The notes below the pieces were generated by a model. It was not told the DNA's origin. It worked only from the letters and a program-made list of their open reading frames with translations, and made no database searches. Made by a program: the position numbers and the translations under genes. A DNA stretch of 64,000 nucleotides from Asterias rubens. Lineage: Eukaryota. Shown here in pieces: positions 60,301 to 64,000 of the stretch (positions are counted from its first letter, which is position 1; every line of letters starts with the position of its first letter). Where the stretch lies: contig NC_047072.1 of the NCBI RefSeq assembly GCF_902459465.1, positions 9,672,001 to 9,736,000 of the forward strand. The letters run 5' to 3'.

Positions 60301-63300
60301 TCATTCTGTCTTTTCCAGAGCTCCCAGTCTTTCCAATAGCGGAGGGTGAGAGTAGTGCCAGGTGGAGTACAACCAATCGGCTTCCGGGAAGCCGAGGTTG
60401 TCCTTGTGGAGCTTGATAAGCGCAGAGCGAAGTTCCGTGGCGCGGCGCAGCGATTTGGCAAACGCATCGGCCTGGAACTCGAAACGTCTACACAGAACGG
60501 TCATGCAGAATGATAGCACCTGAGAAAAAGAAAAGAATGATTGGAAACTTTGTTAATAGCAAAGGGTTTAACAATGCGTTGCTTTAAAATCATATAGGAT
60601 TGTTTTATTGCTTTATTCTGGTTGTGGTGCCAAGGACTCTCAGAGAAGTGAACCTAATCACTGCACTAGGCAAGAATAACCCAGGGGGAGATAAGACAAG
60701 GAAGGAAGTTTTAAGTTTCAGTTGTGGGATGAAAACCTTGAAAAACTCTACTGTGCAATCTGGAGCATTCTGAATGGTTTTCTCTTGATGTTTTTTGGTA
60801 AACTTAAAAATAATGAAACAAAAATAATTCCTACTTATCATTATTTTGTTTGTGTTTATTAGGCAGAATATGCCTGTTTTTAAAGGCGATTCCTGCTGAA
60901 CTCTTTTCTCACAATATTTTTTTGGTAATCTTATAATCTGATTGAAATTTTACCTCGTTGTACGGTGAGAACACAAACTGAAAGATGATGACAAGACCAA
61001 TGAGGGTGGGCTGGCTGGCGTAAAATCCAAACGCCTCAAATAGTTCTTTCTTCTCAATCAGCAGACCAAAGAGAAACAAGCACAGGAACAGATTCACCTG
61101 AAAACAGAAAAATAAAAATACTGTACTAGGTTTCAATCTATAAATCGCTTGAGCGCTTTATCACACGCCTAGGGGCTTATCAAAGTGCTCAGTATTTTGT
61201 CCAGCGAGATATCTATATATCGCTATAGTGCTTTATCACACACCTACATGTAGGGGCTTATCAAAGTGCTCAGTATTTTGCCCAGCGAGGTATGTAGAGC
61301 TCAATTTTTGAAGTGTGAGACGTATTCCTTTATAGTATCATGTAATGGTTAACAAGGTGCAGTGGCACAATATGCTACCAATCCGATCAGACCAGGAACA
61401 CCGGGGCGAACAAGATAATGACAAGATAATCTTACCTGACTTATGACAAGGTTCTTGAGATTATGACTCAGCTTCCAGTGGCCGAGTTCATGCGCCAAGA
61501 CAGCCAAGACTTCCTTGTTGTTACAACCCGTCTTCTTCTTCTTCTCATCCTTGGCTGGCTCGCCAGCCTCATCCGGCTTCTTTACCTCCTCCTCTGGCTT
61601 CTGACTCTCCTTGGGTTGGTCTGGTTCCTCAGAAGTCAGGCTGGCCTCTGCCTCTTTAGCTTTGTCCTGTTGAATATTCATGAGTTATGGAAATGAGAAG
61701 GATTACTCGGTCACTGTGGTCCAGTGGTTAGACTGAAGGTTTTGCAATCGCAAGGTTGTGGGTTCGAGTCCTACCAAGCTAACCGCTGATTTAACAACGA
61801 CTACCTTGAGTGTTGTCAAACAGTTTACTGAAGCACAATTTCTTTATTTGTGCAATTCATAATCATAGATGTTAAACCAATGTTCGTATGAGAGAGCTTG
61901 GCTGTTGCCAGTTACATGTAGGTTTCTTTATTCCCTAATATGGGAGCTTTGCCGAGTTCCCTTAATGGGAAGATAATCTAAACAAACTTTGTAAATTAAC
62001 ATTCAACCTACCTCCTCCTTGTTCACAGGGGTGTAGTCCTCCAGTAGAGTGTCAAACAGTACGATGCGCTTACTCTTGAAGAAGCCATAGAAGTAGGCAT
62101 TGCTATGTGACGACCTCTTGGAACCTAAAACAGGTAATAAGCAAGAGGGTATAGTCTCAGAAATCAGACATTTTGACGGATTTTCAGAATTTAAAATGGA
62201 CATTTAGAGAATTTGATGCTAGCCTTCTACTATTTAATTGTTGCGATACCTGCTGCTAAAACATTTGATTCAAATTGCCTCTAGCAACTGGGTTACCTCG
62301 GTGGTCTAGTGGTAAGTTATCTACGCCAGAAATGCAAAGAGTAAGGGTAAAACAAAAAGTTGATATAACCTTCTACAACATAGAGCTTGTAGAGCGGAAA
62401 CGATATACTCTGTGCCAGCTCCTCTATCTTGGTCCTCAGCTCTCCCTCGGGAAGGGGGGTGAACTTATCAAACAGGGGAGCGATGTAGTCCGCATATATT
62501 GTGATCATTATCTGAAAGATAAAACAATAATAACTTTAATAATAACTTTCGATTTATATAGCGCCTAATAACTAACACTTAATTCTCTAAGCGCTTTTCT
62601 CTAAGAAACTGGGCCTTGAGTTCTACATCTTGTTGGGGGATGAAAATAATTGTCACTGGGTTCTTTTATGCTTGTCACACAACACACGGGAACTACGACC
62701 CTATGTCCCATCCAATGGACGAAGCAACTACGCTTGTAAGTGTATTGTTCAATGGCACAATTGTCATGACTGGGACCTGAATGGCCACATTCATTTTCCT
62801 CTGGTAAGGGTCACTTCTATATGGAAAATGTGAATTTGTATTGGAACCTTGCAGAGGGCACCACAGGAAAAACGCAGGGCACTATGGCAATTCTTGTGGG
62901 TGCCATAAGTTCTGGTTATGAATATTATTTATACAATGTCCTCTCTATTTAAAAAAGTTTGCGTCCTGCCTTGTCTTGTATATTTGGTTTGCGGTAACAC
63001 CATGTGTGTATCTACTTGTCAGGTAGACTTGTTCTTAGGGAACTGTCTTGCTTTATTCTACTGCCGCTAAATAGATAATCAGAGGTTCGGGAGACTTCTC
63101 AGTTCTGAAAAGAACTGTCCTGCTTTTTAATATTACCAGTGCGGATGGTATAGAAATAGACTGGACTACTACTTTAGCTTATAGGATCGTAATTAAGTGA
63201 ACTATCGCAGAGTCAGTTCTTGCTTACCAAGGACACAGCAAAAGCGAAAGCCCAGGCATAGATGAAGAAATACTGTCCACCCATCTGGATGATGTAGAGA

Positions 63301-63920
63301 AGGCCAGCTGTGATTGGGGCCATCAGGGCTTGGGATACCAGGAACATCTTAATCTGGTCCTTGACAAAGAATCCTACTGTCTGCAGGTAGAAAAACAAAT
63401 TGAATATCCCTTTAACCAGGGTCCGATTTCATGGCTTTGTTTACCGTAACATGTACATTAGCAAATGGTCTGTCAAGCGTATTTCACGGGTAAGCAGACA
63501 AACTTTGCCTGTGCGCACTTACAAGAGCGGCTCCAGCTATTAGCGAGTTGTATAACAGCAGTTGGGCATGAGTAGGTACACACATTCAAACTGGGTACCT
63601 TTAACAAAAGAGGACGATAGGGTCCACGGTTCGGGAAAGGTCTACAGTTGGAAAACGCGTACAAAACCAATGGGAGCTGTTGCCAAAAGTATTTATAAAC
63701 AAAAGAGGGACAAAAGGGGGTCCATGGTTGCAGGCGTATACACACTTGTATGCAGGGGTGAGCGTGGTAATGTTTCTAGTAATGTCTTGCTCCTAGACTT
63801 CACCTGTTTGTTGAAACCATGTTTCTCCTCCAGGACAAAGGTGCTGTACAACGTCCATGGGAGACCGACAAAAGTACCATACACAGAGGTAAGCAGCAAG
63901 AACGCTAAAGACTGGACGAT
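60301..63920 (-). CDS. ZMPSTE24: CAAX prenyl protease 1 (peptidase M48), 3' seven exons; 5' exons lie beyond the window
   Basis: Exons 63920-63804, 63380-63228, 62511-62370, 62124-62012, 61666-61436, 61097-60954, 60519-60301 (TGA). Motifs [39 protein letters not shown], zinc-binding [27 protein letters not shown]. Confidence 0.96.
61712..61800 (+). mobile_element. Short tRNA-derived repeat (second copy at ~1638-1720)
   Basis: GTGGTCCAGTGGTTAGACTG...GGTTCGAGTCCTACCAAGCTAACC with A/B-box-like motifs, duplicated in the window. Confidence 0.65.
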
Positions 63921-64000
63921 CTAAACAAAAGAAAATCATAGTTAATTCACAAATTAGAAATGCCAACCACAACACATTACAACAGTGGTTACTTTGTTGA

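Overview
Eukaryotic, AT-rich, intron-rich invertebrate genomic DNA. The repeat and gene style suggests a marine deuterostome such as an echinoderm, but this is inference only. Five spliced protein-coding genes were reconstructed by hand with consistent exon phases: RCAN/calcipressin (+, 3787-8869), WTAP (-, 21770-26905), a short plant/yeast-like DUF21-CBS (CNNM/CorB-family) Mg2+ transporter (-, 33587-41158), a 3xBIR-UBA-RING IAP (+, 49310-54233), and the 3' seven exons of ZMPSTE24 (-, 60301-63920, continuing past the window). Intergenic and intronic DNA is packed with non-autonomous DNA transposons (TTAA-flanked Kolobok-type, CWG-flanked Harbinger-type, a hAT with an 8-bp TSD, foldbacks), tRNA-derived SINEs, a CR1 fragment and several minisatellites. 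No CRISPR array or prokaryotic system is present. The most interesting signals are: (1) a dispersed repeat carrying a minimal Penelope-type hammerhead ribozyme motif; (2) the head-to-head CNNM-like/IAP promoter region, which has mirror-image motifs, an intact CR1 3' end and a perfect 112-bp palindrome with a 9-bp TSD; (3) a non-canonical CNNM lineage that needs a GC-AG intron; (4) a RHIM-like amyloid-type stretch and a predicted spliced uORF in the IAP; (5) a tandem hairpin satellite downstream of RCAN. Homology calls come from remembered family motifs; no database search was run.
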